From an uncultured Chloroflexota bacterium (GTDB lineage Bacteria > Chloroflexota > Limnocylindria > Limnocylindrales > CSP1-4): a stretch of DNA of 64,000 nt. The first letter of the stretch is position 1, and each line of letters starts with the position of its first letter. Made by a program: the position numbers and the translations under genes. Positions 9,636 to 18,775 of the stretch are shown one piece after another. The notes below the pieces were generated by a model, which worked only from the letters and a program-made list of their open reading frames with translations, did no database searches and was not told the DNA's origin. The stretch is taken from contig CAMTVM010000026.1 in NCBI GenBank assembly GCA_947085195.1, positions 627 through 64,626 on the forward strand, read 5' to 3'.

Positions 9636-10796
9636 CTAGGCGGCGGACGCGCCGGCCGGCAGGAACGACTCGACCACCTGGCAGGGGATCGCGCGCTTGA
9701 GCAGGCGCTGGATGGCGCGCAGCGCCTGCACCTCCTCGGGGGAGACGAGCGAGATGGCCGTCCCCGATGCGCCGGCGCGGCCCGTCCGGCCGATGCGGTG
9801 GATGTAGTCCTGCGCCTCGAACGGAAGGTCGAAGTTCACGACGTGCGGCAGGGCGTCGATGTCGAGCCCGCGCGACGCAACGTCCGTGGCCACCAGCGCG
9901 ACCACCTCGCCCTGCTTGAAGGCCTCGAGGGCACGGGTGCGCTCTCCCTGCGTCCGGTCGGAGTGGATCGCGATTGCAGGCACGCCACGGCGGTCGAGAT
10001 ACGCGGCCAGCCGGCTGGCGCCGATCTTGGTCCGGGTGAAGACCAGCACCTGCTCGATCCCGTCGCGCTTGACGAGATGGATCAGCAGGTCCGCCTTGCG
10101 GTCCGCGTCCACGGGGTACAGGACCTGGGTCAGGTTGTCGGCGGTCGCGTTGCGCGGTGCCACCTGGACGATCTCCGGGTCCGTCTGGAACTCGCGGGCA
10201 AGCTTGCGGATCGCGTCCGAGAACGTGGCCGAGAACAGCAGCGTCTGCCGGCCGCGCGGGAGCAGGGCGATGGCCTTGCGCACGTCGTCGATGAAGCCCA
10301 TGTCCAGCATGCGATCGGCCTCGTCGAGCACGAGGATCTCGACCTGGTTGAGGTTGACGGCCTTCTGGCCGATCAGGTCGAACAGGCGGCCCGGCGTGGC
10401 GACGAGGATCTCGACGCCGCCCCACAGCGCCTTGACCTGCGGGCCCTGGGGCACGCCGCCGTACACGACGGTCGAGCGGAGGTTGGTGCCCTTGCCGAGC
10501 GTGGTCACGCTCTCGTCGATCTGCATCGCGAGCTCGCGGGTCGGCGTGAGCACGAGTGCGCGGATCGGGTGACGGGCCGGGCTGGGGCTGGAGCTCGCGT
10601 TCTTTGCGAGGAGCTCCAGAACCGGGAGGGTGAAGGCGGCCGTCTTGCCGGTGCCCGTCTGGGCTGCGGCGAGGACGTCGCGACCGGCGAGGACCAGCGG
10701 GATGGCCTGGGCCTGGACGGGGGTGGCCTCGGTGTAGCCCTCCCGCGCGACGGTGGCGAGAAGCTTGGCCGAGAGGCCGAGGTTCGAGAAGGTCAA
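9636..10796 (-). CDS. DEAD-box ATP-dependent RNA helicase
   Basis: Q motif TPVQ, Walker A AQTGTGKT, DEAD box LVLDEADRML, SAT, HRIGRTGR. The likely TTG start at 10796 gives MTFSNLGLS with GGAG 6 nt upstream. The track start at 10823 is an alternative. Confidence 0.85.
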   Translation of the reverse strand: MTFSNLGLSAKLLATVAREGYTEATPVQAQAIPLVLAGRDVLAAAQTGTGKTAAFTLPVLELLAKNASSSPSPARHPIRALVLTPTRELAMQIDESVTTLGKGTNLRSTVVYGGVPQGPQVKALWGGVEILVATPGRLFDLIGQKAVNLNQVEILVLDEADRMLDMGFIDDVRKAIALLPRGRQTLLFSATFSDAIRKLAREFQTDPEIVQVAPRNATADNLTQVLYPVDADRKADLLIHLVKRDGIEQVLVFTRTKIGASRLAAYLDRRGVPAIAIHSDRTQGERTRALEAFKQGEVVALVATDVASRGLDIDALPHVVNFDLPFEAQDYIHRIGRTGRAGASGTAISLVSPEEVQALRAIQRLLKRAIPCQVVESFLPAGASAA

Positions 10797-11147
10797 GGTG
10801 ACTCCAGGTGCGCCGGAGCGCACGCGTTCTGCCGGACCCGTGAGCTCCGGAGCGAAACGTGGTGAGTCTCGCGTTCGTCGGGCCCGGGACGGGCGTGGTA
10901 GGGGCTCGTGTCAGCACACGGAGCGTGGTCGCGGCGCCAGTGGCGGTCTACCGGTGGCCCGCGAAGTGCCGCGAGCTGTCGTTCCGTGCCGCCCGGCAAC
11001 GCTTCCTTACGCGTCCTCTGCCCGGCTGCGCCTGCCCCGATCATCGCACGTCCGGGGTTTCTCGGTCAGATTGCGGCCGCGACCTCCGGAAGATCGGCCC
11101 CGCGTTGGAGGACCGGTGCCCGCGTGGTCTCTCTCCGGTTGTCCGGG

Positions 11148-11582
11148 TCAGCTCGCGAGGCTGCTGTCCACGCGGATGACCGGCGGGTGCTCGAAGTGCT
11201 TCTTGACCGCGCACTGCTCGGCCGAGCGGACGACCGCGTCCGCGTACTTTTCCGGGAACCCCTTCGGCAGCTCGATCGTGACCTGCACGTCGCTCACCAG
11301 GTGGGTGGCCGGGTCGACCTGCATCCGCTGGACGAGGCGGATGCCCTCCGCCGAGATCCCGCGCTGCCGGCAGAAGCCCAGCACGTAGATGCCGGCGCAG
11401 GTCCCGATCGTCGACAGGAAGGTAGCGAACGGCGTCGGGGCCGAACTCTCGCCGCCACCCGACGCAGGTTGATCGGTCGGGACGACGAAGCTGCCGAAGT
11501 GCGCGTCCACACGCGCGCCTCCGGGGAAGTCGATGATCATCTCCACGGTTCGAACCTCGTCATGTCTGCGCTCGACGGTCAT
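11148..11582 (-). CDS. OsmC/Ohr-family peroxiredoxin-like protein
   Basis: In ORF 11148..11693. Motif PTPFATFLSTIGTCAGIYV...AEQCAVKKH. Start taken at MTVERR. Confidence 0.7.
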   Translation of the reverse strand: MTVERRHDEVRTVEMIIDFPGGARVDAHFGSFVVPTDQPASGGGESSAPTPFATFLSTIGTCAGIYVLGFCRQRGISAEGIRLVQRMQVDPATHLVSDVQVTIELPKGFPEKYADAVVRSAEQCAVKKHFEHPPVIRVDSSLAS

Positions 11583-11777
11583 CCCAGAAGGGTCGCGATT
11601 GCTCACGTCCATTGCCGGGGTCCGGTCGACCACAACGGATCGACCACGGCCCGGCATGTACGTAGAGTAGCGATGAATTGCGTACTTGCGCAAGGACGTA
11701 TCTACCGGAGTGCTGTGGATCTAGGAAAGACCACGTGATAGACTGTGGTCCACGCAAACTACTGCGGAGAACACGCG

Positions 11778-12020
11778 ATGGGCAAACGGAACCTCACCCT
11801 GCAACTCGATGATGCCGTCATCCGTCGCGCTCGCGTCGTTGCGGCGCGGCGGGGGACCTCCGTCAGCGCCATGGTGGCCCGCCAGCTGGACGCGCTGGTG
11901 GCACAGGACGAGCGTTATGAGGATGCCCGCCGGAGAGCGGGGGAGCTGCTCGACGGCGCCACCAGGCATGGCGGTCGTGCCTGGACCCGCGACGAGCTCT
12001 ATGACCGCTGGAAGGGATGA
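11778..12020 (+). CDS. Ribbon-helix-helix antitoxin (VapB-like)
   Basis: MGKRNLTLQLDDAVIRRARVVAARRGTSVSAMV is an RHH pattern. The stop overlaps the downstream PIN gene start (ATGA). Confidence 0.7.
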   Translation: MGKRNLTLQLDDAVIRRARVVAARRGTSVSAMVARQLDALVAQDERYEDARRRAGELLDGATRHGGRAWTRDELYDRWKG

Positions 12021-12454
12021 GCACGCCGGAGGTGACGTTCGTCGACACGAACGTCCTCCTCTACGCGCACGACGCCTCCGAGACGGTCAAGCGCCCGATC
12101 GCGCGGGACGCCCTGGAGCGACTGTGGGCCGACGGCACTGGGGCGATCAGCACGCAGGTCCTGCAGGAGTTCTACGTCGTCGCGACGCGCAAGCTGGCCG
12201 TCCCGATGTCACGCAGCGAGGCTCGTGAGGTCGTTGATGTCTACAGTGCGTGGCGGGTGATCACCATCGATCCGTCGATCATCGTCGCTGCCTCGGTCCT
12301 CGAGGAGGATCACACGCTTTCGTTCTGGGACGCGCTCATCGTCGAGGCAGCGAGGATCGCGGGTGCCGGCCTGCTCCTCAGCGAGGATCTCCAGGCCGGG
12401 CGCAAGATCGGTGGCGTCCGGATCCGGAACCCGTTCGCCGTCGAGCCGGGATGA
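12017..12454 (+). CDS. vapC: PIN-domain toxin VapC
   Basis: N-terminal FVDTNVLLYAHD, later FWDALIVEAA...LLSEDL, which are the PIN acidic residues. 4-nt overlap with the upstream RHH gene. Confidence 0.85.
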   Translation: MSTPEVTFVDTNVLLYAHDASETVKRPIARDALERLWADGTGAISTQVLQEFYVVATRKLAVPMSRSEAREVVDVYSAWRVITIDPSIIVAASVLEEDHTLSFWDALIVEAARIAGAGLLLSEDLQAGRKIGGVRIRNPFAVEPG

Positions 12455-12461
12455 GCGGCGG

Positions 12462-12811
12462 CTACAGACGGCGCGGTTGGCGCCACGACGCAAGCCGGTC
12501 GGCGATCGAGGTCACGTCGTGGAGGCGTCCGCCGGCGATGGATACGATCAGGTCGAACGCCTCGTCCGGCGCGGGGCGGATGTCGTGGCCGTTGACCCGG
12601 TAGAACAGCCGCACCGCGACCCAGCCGAGGCGCTCGATCGACACGTCCGCGTTGCTGGAGATCGTTGCCAATCGGCAAAGTTCCGCCGACCCAGGACTAC
12701 CGCTCGTGAGCGATGACATTCGCCCAGAAGACATAGAACTCGGCGAAGAACCTCAACGAACGATCTGAAACGGCGTTTCTCATCGTCGCGCGTCAAGGAG
12801 ACATAACTCAC
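12462..12811 (-). pseudogene. Decayed Doc (Fic-fold death-on-curing) toxin gene
   Basis: ORF 12462..12734 aligns by eye to the Doc C-terminus (RLFYRVNGHDI...AFDLIVSIAGGRLHDVTSIADRL). The HxFxDGNKR Fic motif is replaced by SSNADVSIER. The N-terminal YVSLTRDDE piece lies in another frame (GTG 12811). Locally low GC. Confidence 0.45.
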
Positions 12812-12935
12812 CTTATCGGAAGTGCCGCAGACAGCCCGTGAGCGGCCAGGAGACGCCCGCGATCGTCCGGCCGATGACGATGTTGCCGACGGAGACGATC
12901 ACGTCGGACACCGGGACCTGGGTCGTCGTGAAGTC

Positions 12936-13314
12936 TCAGGCGAGGATCTCGACCGGCAGACCCGCAGCGGTGGCCGCGGCGGCCTGACGCGCATCGAAGG
13001 TGACGAACGCGTCGAGGTCTGCAGCGACCGCCAGCGCCGATGCCACGTGGATCGTGTCCAGCGACCGAAGGGTCGGCGGCGGGAGGATGCCAGCCGGACG
13101 CTCATCGAGGATCGTCGGCACGCTCCCCCAGGAGCTCGGCCAGGGCCGATTGTCTCCCCACCCGCGGGCACGGGGTCCGGGAACGGAAGCCGCCGGATGG
13201 CCGGACGGGCGCGGCCCCCGGCGACCAGGCGGTCGATGGCGCAGGCCGGGACGTCCTCGCGATCGAACACGACGGTCTCATCCGGGTCGAGATGGTCGTC
13301 GACCTCGGCCACAT
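12936..13314 (-). pseudogene. Frameshifted PIN-domain toxin remnant
   Basis: Only the C-terminal 61 codons (12936..13121) are in frame: LRSLDTIHVASALAVAADLDAFVTFDARQAAAATAAGLPV. Plausible N-terminal pieces (VVFDRED..., ALAELLGE...) lie in the two other frames. The upstream boundary is approximate. Confidence 0.4.
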
Positions 13315-13346
13315 CGCCGGCACCGTATGCGGGCACAGTGGCAGGG

Positions 13347-13751
13347 TCAAGCGGCCGGAATGTCCGCCGGCCCCATGATCTGCACCATGCGTCCGGCGCC
13401 ACGGTGCAGCCTGTGGTCCAGGGTGACGACGGACGCCTCCGTCGCCATCGCGAGCGCCACGTACTCGGCGTCGTAGGTCTTCGCCCACCCGAGTGACTCG
13501 GCGATCTCGGCGGCACGCAGATGGTGGCCGTCGGGCACCAGGATCCGGATGGGGAGGGCAAGCAGGCGCACCAGGCTTGCGCGCGCGTGCTCGGGAGGGA
13601 TCGCGCCTCGCCAGCTCAGCTCGCGGATCACCGAGACGGACTCAGAGAGCAGCAGCGGCGGCCCGAGGAGCTCGTGCCCCGAGAGCGGACCAAGTCCCCC
13701 GCCGGCGAGACAGGCTTCCGTGGCAACGCTGGCGTCGACCACCAACCGCAC
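13347..13751 (-). CDS. PIN-domain toxin
   Basis: GTG at 13751 gives VRLVVDASVATEACL...; C-terminal YDAEYVALAMATEASVVTLDHRL. It starts 3 nt after the stop of the upstream HTH gene. Confidence 0.75.
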   Translation of the reverse strand: MRLVVDASVATEACLAGGGLGPLSGHELLGPPLLLSESVSVIRELSWRGAIPPEHARASLVRLLALPIRILVPDGHHLRAAEIAESLGWAKTYDAEYVALAMATEASVVTLDHRLHRGAGRMVQIMGPADIPAA

Positions 13752-13753
13752 GT

Positions 13754-14008
13754 CTAGTGTCCCTGCCGCGAGCGCCGCACGGCGACGACGACATTGGGCA
13801 TCGGGGCGCCCCAGAAGGTCGTCCGCCACTCGGCCGGCGTCCCAGCGGCTTCCGCAGCAACGCCGAGCAGCTCTCCCAGGTCACGCTCGTCGATCACGTG
13901 CTGCGTACCGACCTTCGATGCCCGAAGTCGACCCTCGCGAATCCAGCGCCGGATCGTCTCGGGGTGACGTCCCGTGCGTCGTGCAGCTTCCGGTACGGTG
14001 ATCATCAT
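13754..14008 (-). CDS. Excisionase/MerR-type HTH antitoxin partner of the PIN toxin
   Basis: MMITVPEAARRTGRHPETIRRWIREGRLRASKVG is an HTH_17-like motif. It sits directly upstream of PIN gene 13347..13751. Confidence 0.7.
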   Translation of the reverse strand: MMITVPEAARRTGRHPETIRRWIREGRLRASKVGTQHVIDERDLGELLGVAAEAAGTPAEWRTTFWGAPMPNVVVAVRRSRQGH

Positions 14009-14073
14009 CGGGCTGCTCCGTCATGCGTGGGTTGTAGTATGCAACAACATGTGTCGCAAGTGCAAGGCCTCCC

Positions 14074-14481
14074 CTACTCCGGGGCGATCAGCTCGAGAGT
14101 CGGGAAGTACGTGCGGTAGCGCGACGCGTCGCGCGTGAGCAGCCGGTAGCCGGCAACCGCGGCATGTGCGCCGATGTAGAAGTCCGGCAGCGGCGATCGC
14201 CTGCTTCCACCGCGGCGGCGGTAGTCCAGGTAGCAGTGGCCAGCGAGAAACGCCGCAGTGTACGGGAGGTCCTCCCGACGGAAGAGGCCTGGATCCAAGG
14301 CGTCGTCGAGTGCCTCAATGGTCAGGTAAGTCGCGGACACCTCGCCGTAGATGATGGGATTGATGACCAGTACGGCCTCCTCGGCTGCGTCCGCGATCGC
14401 GGCGGCTGACCACGGAGCCCACACCGGGTTTGACGTGAGGATGTCCACAAGGACGTTCGTGTCCACGAGGACCGGGGTCAT
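14074..14481 (-). CDS. vapC: PIN-domain toxin VapC
   Basis: MTPVLVDTNVLVDIL...; DFYIGAHAAVAGYRLLTRD. 4-nt overlap with the upstream AbrB-type antitoxin. Confidence 0.85.
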   Translation of the reverse strand: MTPVLVDTNVLVDILTSNPVWAPWSAAAIADAAEEAVLVINPIIYGEVSATYLTIEALDDALDPGLFRREDLPYTAAFLAGHCYLDYRRRGGSRRSPLPDFYIGAHAAVAGYRLLTRDASRYRTYFPTLELIAPE

Positions 14482-14717
14482 GTTTCACCCCGCATGAGGG
14501 CCATGAGTTCGTCCGTGGTCATGCGCGTCCGAGCCGGATGTGCCCGCAGGTGGCGGATGACGAGCTCGCCCCGGGTGGGCCGACGAGCCTCGGCCGCCTT
14601 CACGAGCATCACGAGGTCGCCGTCCACGATGAACTCGACCTCGGTGTTCGGCAGGAACCCTGCCAGCTCCCGGATGGCCTGCGGGATGGTCACCTGTCCC
14701 TTCGACGTGATGCGCAC
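14478..14717 (-). CDS. vapB: AbrB/MazE/SpoVT-family antitoxin VapB
   Basis: MRITSKGQVTIPQAIRELAG is the SpoVT-AbrB looped-hinge-helix signature. Confidence 0.85.
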   Translation of the reverse strand: MRITSKGQVTIPQAIRELAGFLPNTEVEFIVDGDLVMLVKAAEARRPTRGELVIRHLRAHPARTRMTTDELMALMRGET

Positions 14718-14771
14718 GGTCTCGCCTCCTGTTCTTACTGATAGAAGTAATACCGCGTTGACTTCAAGCCG

Positions 14772-15569
14772 TCAAGGTGTCGCCCGGCAGGCAAGCCCGA
14801 GGTACAGCGCGATGTCCGCCCCCACGTGGACGCCGATCGGGATCCACAGCGAGCCCAACCTCCACCGCGCGATACCAGCGGCGATGCCGACCGCGGAGAG
14901 CATGGCGATGTGCACCGGGAGCAGCGCGACGACCTCCGGGCCCGCATGGACGATCCCGAACACGAGCCCCTGGAACGCGATCGCCGCGGTCACCGGAACC
15001 AGCCTCCCCAGGACGGCCTGCAGGATGCCGCGGTAGGCCACCTCCTCCAGGACGCCATTCGCGATGCCGAACAGGAGGGCGGGCACGATGGCGCCGACGG
15101 GGATGGCGAACTCGATCCGGCCGAAGAAGGGCCCGGCGATGACCGGGCCGATAGCCGTGCCGCCGATGCCGAGGACGACGACGCCGCCGAGCGCCAGCGC
15201 GAGGTCCGCGCGCCCGGGGCGCCGGAGCCCCAGCTCCGCGACCCCCACGCGGTGCACGACCGTGACAAGCACGGCCAGCCCCAGGCCAGCGGCGGCGATG
15301 ACCAGCCGTCGCACCACGATCTCCGAGAACGGCGCGGCACACGCGGCCTCGCCCAGCGGGAGGTCCGAACCGAGGACCCAAGGCCAGACCAGCGGCACCG
15401 CCACGGGCAGCGTGGCGGCCCAAGCGAGGGCTTCCTGTCGGCCCAGGAGCCGCAACGCCACCCACCCAAGCGCGAGGGTGATCGCCACGATCGGGCGCAG
15501 CCCGGGGATCAGCGCGGCGAGCACTAGGAGGGCCGGTCCGCCGCCGGCCACCACCGTCGATGCCCGCAT
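14772..15569 (-). CDS. CPBP-family intramembrane glutamic endopeptidase (CAAX protease/Abi family)
   Basis: Polytopic membrane protein with EEVAYRG and FGIVH motifs. ATG at 15569 (MRASTVV) in ORF 14772..15695. Confidence 0.75.
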   Translation of the reverse strand: MRASTVVAGGGPALLVLAALIPGLRPIVAITLALGWVALRLLGRQEALAWAATLPVAVPLVWPWVLGSDLPLGEAACAAPFSEIVVRRLVIAAAGLGLAVLVTVVHRVGVAELGLRRPGRADLALALGGVVVLGIGGTAIGPVIAGPFFGRIEFAIPVGAIVPALLFGIANGVLEEVAYRGILQAVLGRLVPVTAAIAFQGLVFGIVHAGPEVVALLPVHIAMLSAVGIAAGIARWRLGSLWIPIGVHVGADIALYLGLACRATP

Positions 15570-15852
15570 CCCCTGTTCACTCTCCGGAGATGTTCGCGCC
15601 GTGATCGGCACGAGGGACGAGCCGGGGACGGCGGACCGGGCACAACAAAACGCCCGAAGGAACCGTTGGCTCCGTCCCCGTCCCCGTCGATGCAAGCACC
15701 AGCGAGTCCGCTTTCGGTTGAACCGCCCCTTCAGGCAATACGGATACTACGCTGCGACTGCGGGCGGCCACAACGAACTTGTCCACCAGAATCGGGGAGC
15801 CGAGCCGGAGTTGCCCCGGTTGTCCACACCGCGTCCACGCCGGGGCCCTCCC

Positions 15853-16467
15853 CTACGGCTCGGGCGCGAGATCCAGGGGCCACTCCCCGGCGGCATCTAG
15901 CCCCGTCGGCACGCCGTCGTCGTCCAGCTCCAGCAGCACGGACGGTCCCCCGTCGGCCGCCAGGAGGCGCCACCGCCGTGCGCCGGTCCGCGCGACCCGC
16001 CACGTCGCCTGGCGAATCGCCAGGGAATCGCTCACCTCGACCGCCGGCACCGAGATCCCCTCCCCCACCCCGAGCCGGCTTCCCAGCCGGGCCGCGGCCA
16101 CCGCACCCGTCACCGGCGACGCGTCGACCATCAGGATGTGCGCCGGCGACCACGGAAGCGCGACATGGGCGATCCCCGCCGCGCTCACGACGTTCCCGTG
16201 CAGCATCGAGGCGTCGGCCTCCGGGTGCAGCGTGATCAGGCCGCCGGGCGCCGCGACCTCCAGCTTCGCCAGCGTGCCGTCGGGCGCCACCTCGAGCAGC
16301 AGGCCGTGCAGCAGCCGGTCCCCGGACGTCGTGATCGCGCGCCATCGACGGCCGCGACGGCCGTCCGCCACGGTCCAGGTCAGGCGCCGGTCACCCGGAA
16401 GGCGGCCCGTCCCGGCGCGGCGCACGTATGGGAAGCGTTCGGCGCGGTCCACGGCGACGTGGTCCAC
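15853..16467 (-). CDS. Hypothetical protein
   Basis: Distal part of ORF 15853..16671. Trimmed to GTG 16467, just after the hflX stop (16470). No recognisable motif. Confidence 0.35.
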   Translation of the reverse strand: MDHVAVDRAERFPYVRRAGTGRLPGDRRLTWTVADGRRGRRWRAITTSGDRLLHGLLLEVAPDGTLAKLEVAAPGGLITLHPEADASMLHGNVVSAAGIAHVALPWSPAHILMVDASPVTGAVAAARLGSRLGVGEGISVPAVEVSDSLAIRQATWRVARTGARRWRLLAADGGPSVLLELDDDGVPTGLDAAGEWPLDLAPEP

Positions 16468-16469
16468 GG

Positions 16470-17786
16470 TCAGGTTGCCGAGCCGTCGCCCGCCAGAGCG
16501 ACCTGCCAGCGCTCGGCGACCGCACGCAGCTCGCCGGCCATCGCGGGGGCCATGCGCCCGGTCACCCGCACATCCCGGTTGCCGTATTCGAGCTCCACCG
16601 TCCCGCGCTCGCGCACGCGCGCCAGCAGCTCGCCCTCCGAGTACGGAACGGCGACGTCCACGTCCTCCCACAGCGACGCCAGCAGTGCGGCCACCTCCGC
16701 GCGGAGTGTGGCCAGCCCGAACCCGGTCACCGCGCTGATCAGGACGCTGCCGGAAACGGCCGGAGCGGGCTTGTCGCCGTCGGCACCCGGGTACAGCAGG
16801 TCCGCCTTGTTGAACGCGGCGAGGCGCGGTTTGTCACCCGCGCCCAGCTCTTCGAGGACCGTCCGGACCGTGGCGCGGTGCTCCGGCGCGTGGCCGTCGG
16901 AGGCGTCCACCACCTCGATCAGTACGTCGGCGCGGGTGACTTCCTCCAGGGTGGCGCGGAAGGCGTCGACCAGCTGGTGCGGCAGCTTGTGGATGAACCC
17001 CACGGTGTCGGTGACGATCGCCGTCTGGCCGTCGCCCAGCTTCACCTGGCGCGAGGTGGGATCAAGGGTCGCGAACAGCTTGTCCTCGGCCTTCGCGACC
17101 TCGCTGCCGACCAGGGCGTTGAGGAGCGTGGACTTGCCTGAGTTCGTGTAGCCGACAATGGCGACCGTCGGGTACAGGCGCCGGTCGCGACCACGAGCCG
17201 TGGTCTGGCGCTGCTGGCGAACGCCTTCGACGCGCTCCTTCATCTTCTTGATGCGCTCCCGGATGAGCCGCCGGTCCGTCTCGAGCTGGGACTCGCCAGG
17301 GCCCCGGGTGCCGATCCCGCCACCGGTGCGCGAGAGGTGCGTCCAGAGACGGGTCAGGCGCGGCAGCTGGTACTCGAGCTGCGCGAGCTCCACCTGGAGG
17401 CGGCCTTCGTGGGTCTGCGCATGCAGGGCGAAGATGTCCAGGATCAGCCGGCTGCGGTCGATGACCTTGACGTTGAGCAGGTTCTCCAGACTCTTCTGCT
17501 GGCCCGGGCTGAGCTCGTCATCGGCGATCAAAAGGTCGAATCCGGTCTCGGACCTGGCCTGGAGCAGCTCTTCGGCCTTGCCCTTACCCAGGTACCAGTT
17601 CGGATCGACGTGGCGGCGGTTCTGCCACTCGGCACCGACAACCTCCGCACCCGCGGTGGCGGCGAGGGCGGCAAGCTCGGCCAGGCTGTCCTCCGCGCCC
17701 CAGCCGGGATCGTCACCGGTATCGACGGCAACCAGGAACGCCTTCTCCACGGACGGCGCGAGGTCGATGGGTTCGCTTCGACTCAT
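16470..17786 (-). CDS. hflX: GTPase HflX
   Basis: HflX N-domain, then G-domain VAIVGYTNSGKSTLLNAL, DTVGF, NKAD. Confidence 0.9.
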   Translation of the reverse strand: MSRSEPIDLAPSVEKAFLVAVDTGDDPGWGAEDSLAELAALAATAGAEVVGAEWQNRRHVDPNWYLGKGKAEELLQARSETGFDLLIADDELSPGQQKSLENLLNVKVIDRSRLILDIFALHAQTHEGRLQVELAQLEYQLPRLTRLWTHLSRTGGGIGTRGPGESQLETDRRLIRERIKKMKERVEGVRQQRQTTARGRDRRLYPTVAIVGYTNSGKSTLLNALVGSEVAKAEDKLFATLDPTSRQVKLGDGQTAIVTDTVGFIHKLPHQLVDAFRATLEEVTRADVLIEVVDASDGHAPEHRATVRTVLEELGAGDKPRLAAFNKADLLYPGADGDKPAPAVSGSVLISAVTGFGLATLRAEVAALLASLWEDVDVAVPYSEGELLARVRERGTVELEYGNRDVRVTGRMAPAMAGELRAVAERWQVALAGDGSAT

Positions 17787-17836
17787 GGCGGCAAGGATAC
17801 CGGGTGGGTTGCCGCAGGCCGCCGGACCGGGAGGGC

Positions 17837-18775
17837 TCAGCCGCCCGAGACCCCGCCAAGGAACCGGGCGAGACGCGCGAGGGCGTCCGGGGTCGGATCA
17901 CCGGTGGCATCGAGAACCGCGAGCGTCCGCTCGGAGCGGAACCAGGTGCGCTGGCGCTTGGCGAACAGGACATTGCGGCGGGCGTCGAGCTCGATCGCCT
18001 GGTCCAGCGTGATCTCGCCGTCGAGAACCGCCCAGCTCTCGCGGTAGCCGATGGCGGAGAAGGCCGGCAGCGCGGGATCGAATCGCTCCCGCAAGGCGCG
18101 GGCCTCCTCGACGAGGCCGGCAGCGAACTGGTCGCGGGCGCGGGCGGCGATGCGGCGGATGTGCTCGGGCGTCTCCACGACGAGCTGCAGGCCCAGGACC
18201 TGCTCCGGGTAGCCGACGGGCTCCGGCAGCGGAGCGTCGCCCTGGAGCGTGGCGATCTCCAGGGCCCGCACGACGCGGCGCGGGTTGCGCAGGTCCGTCC
18301 GCCCCGACAGCGTGGGCGCGAGCGCCGCCAGGCGATCGGCCAGGGCCGCCACTCCGTCGCAAGCCAGGTCAGCCTCGATCGCGGCCCGGACGGCCGCGTC
18401 CGAGGGGAGCGCGTTCGTGTCGATGCCGAGGAAGACGGCCCGCAGCCAGAACCCGGTCCCGCCCGCGAGGATCCCGACCCCGCCACGCGCACCCAGGGCC
18501 TCCAGGGCGCCCAGGGCGTGCTCCCGGAAATCGGCAACGGAGTACGGCTGGTCGGCATCCACAAGGTCGATGCCGTGGTGGACGACCCGCGCCCGATCCT
18601 CGGCGGTCGCCTTGGCCGTGCCGATATCGAGACCGCGGTACACCTGCCGCGAATCCGCGGAGATCACCTCCGCGGGGGTGCCGAGGGCGATGAGCCGCTC
18701 CGCCAGCGCGATGGCAAGCCCCGTCTTGCCGCTGGCGGTTGGCCCGCCGATGACGACGAGCGGCGCGAGGCTCAG
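17837..18775 (-). CDS. miaA: tRNA dimethylallyltransferase
   Basis: ISADSRQVYRGLDIGTAK... is MiaA. The P-loop VVIGGPTASGKTGLAIALAE is encoded in frame upstream of the first ATG/GTG/TTG (18667). Start is therefore placed at CTG 18775, overlapping the miaB stop (CTGA). Confidence 0.8.
   Translation of the reverse strand: MSLAPLVVIGGPTASGKTGLAIALAERLIALGTPAEVISADSRQVYRGLDIGTAKATAEDRARVVHHGIDLVDADQPYSVADFREHALGALEALGARGGVGILAGGTGFWLRAVFLGIDTNALPSDAAVRAAIEADLACDGVAALADRLAALAPTLSGRTDLRNPRRVVRALEIATLQGDAPLPEPVGYPEQVLGLQLVVETPEHIRRIAARARDQFAAGLVEEARALRERFDPALPAFSAIGYRESWAVLDGEITLDQAIELDARRNVLFAKRQRTWFRSERTLAVLDATGDPTPDALARLARFLGGVSGG

Noticed and set aside
15853-16671. Full 272-aa ORF overlapping the 3' end of hflX.
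   Set aside because: The first ~68 codons overlap hflX and are Arg/Gly-rich. It was trimmed to the GTG just after the hflX stop.
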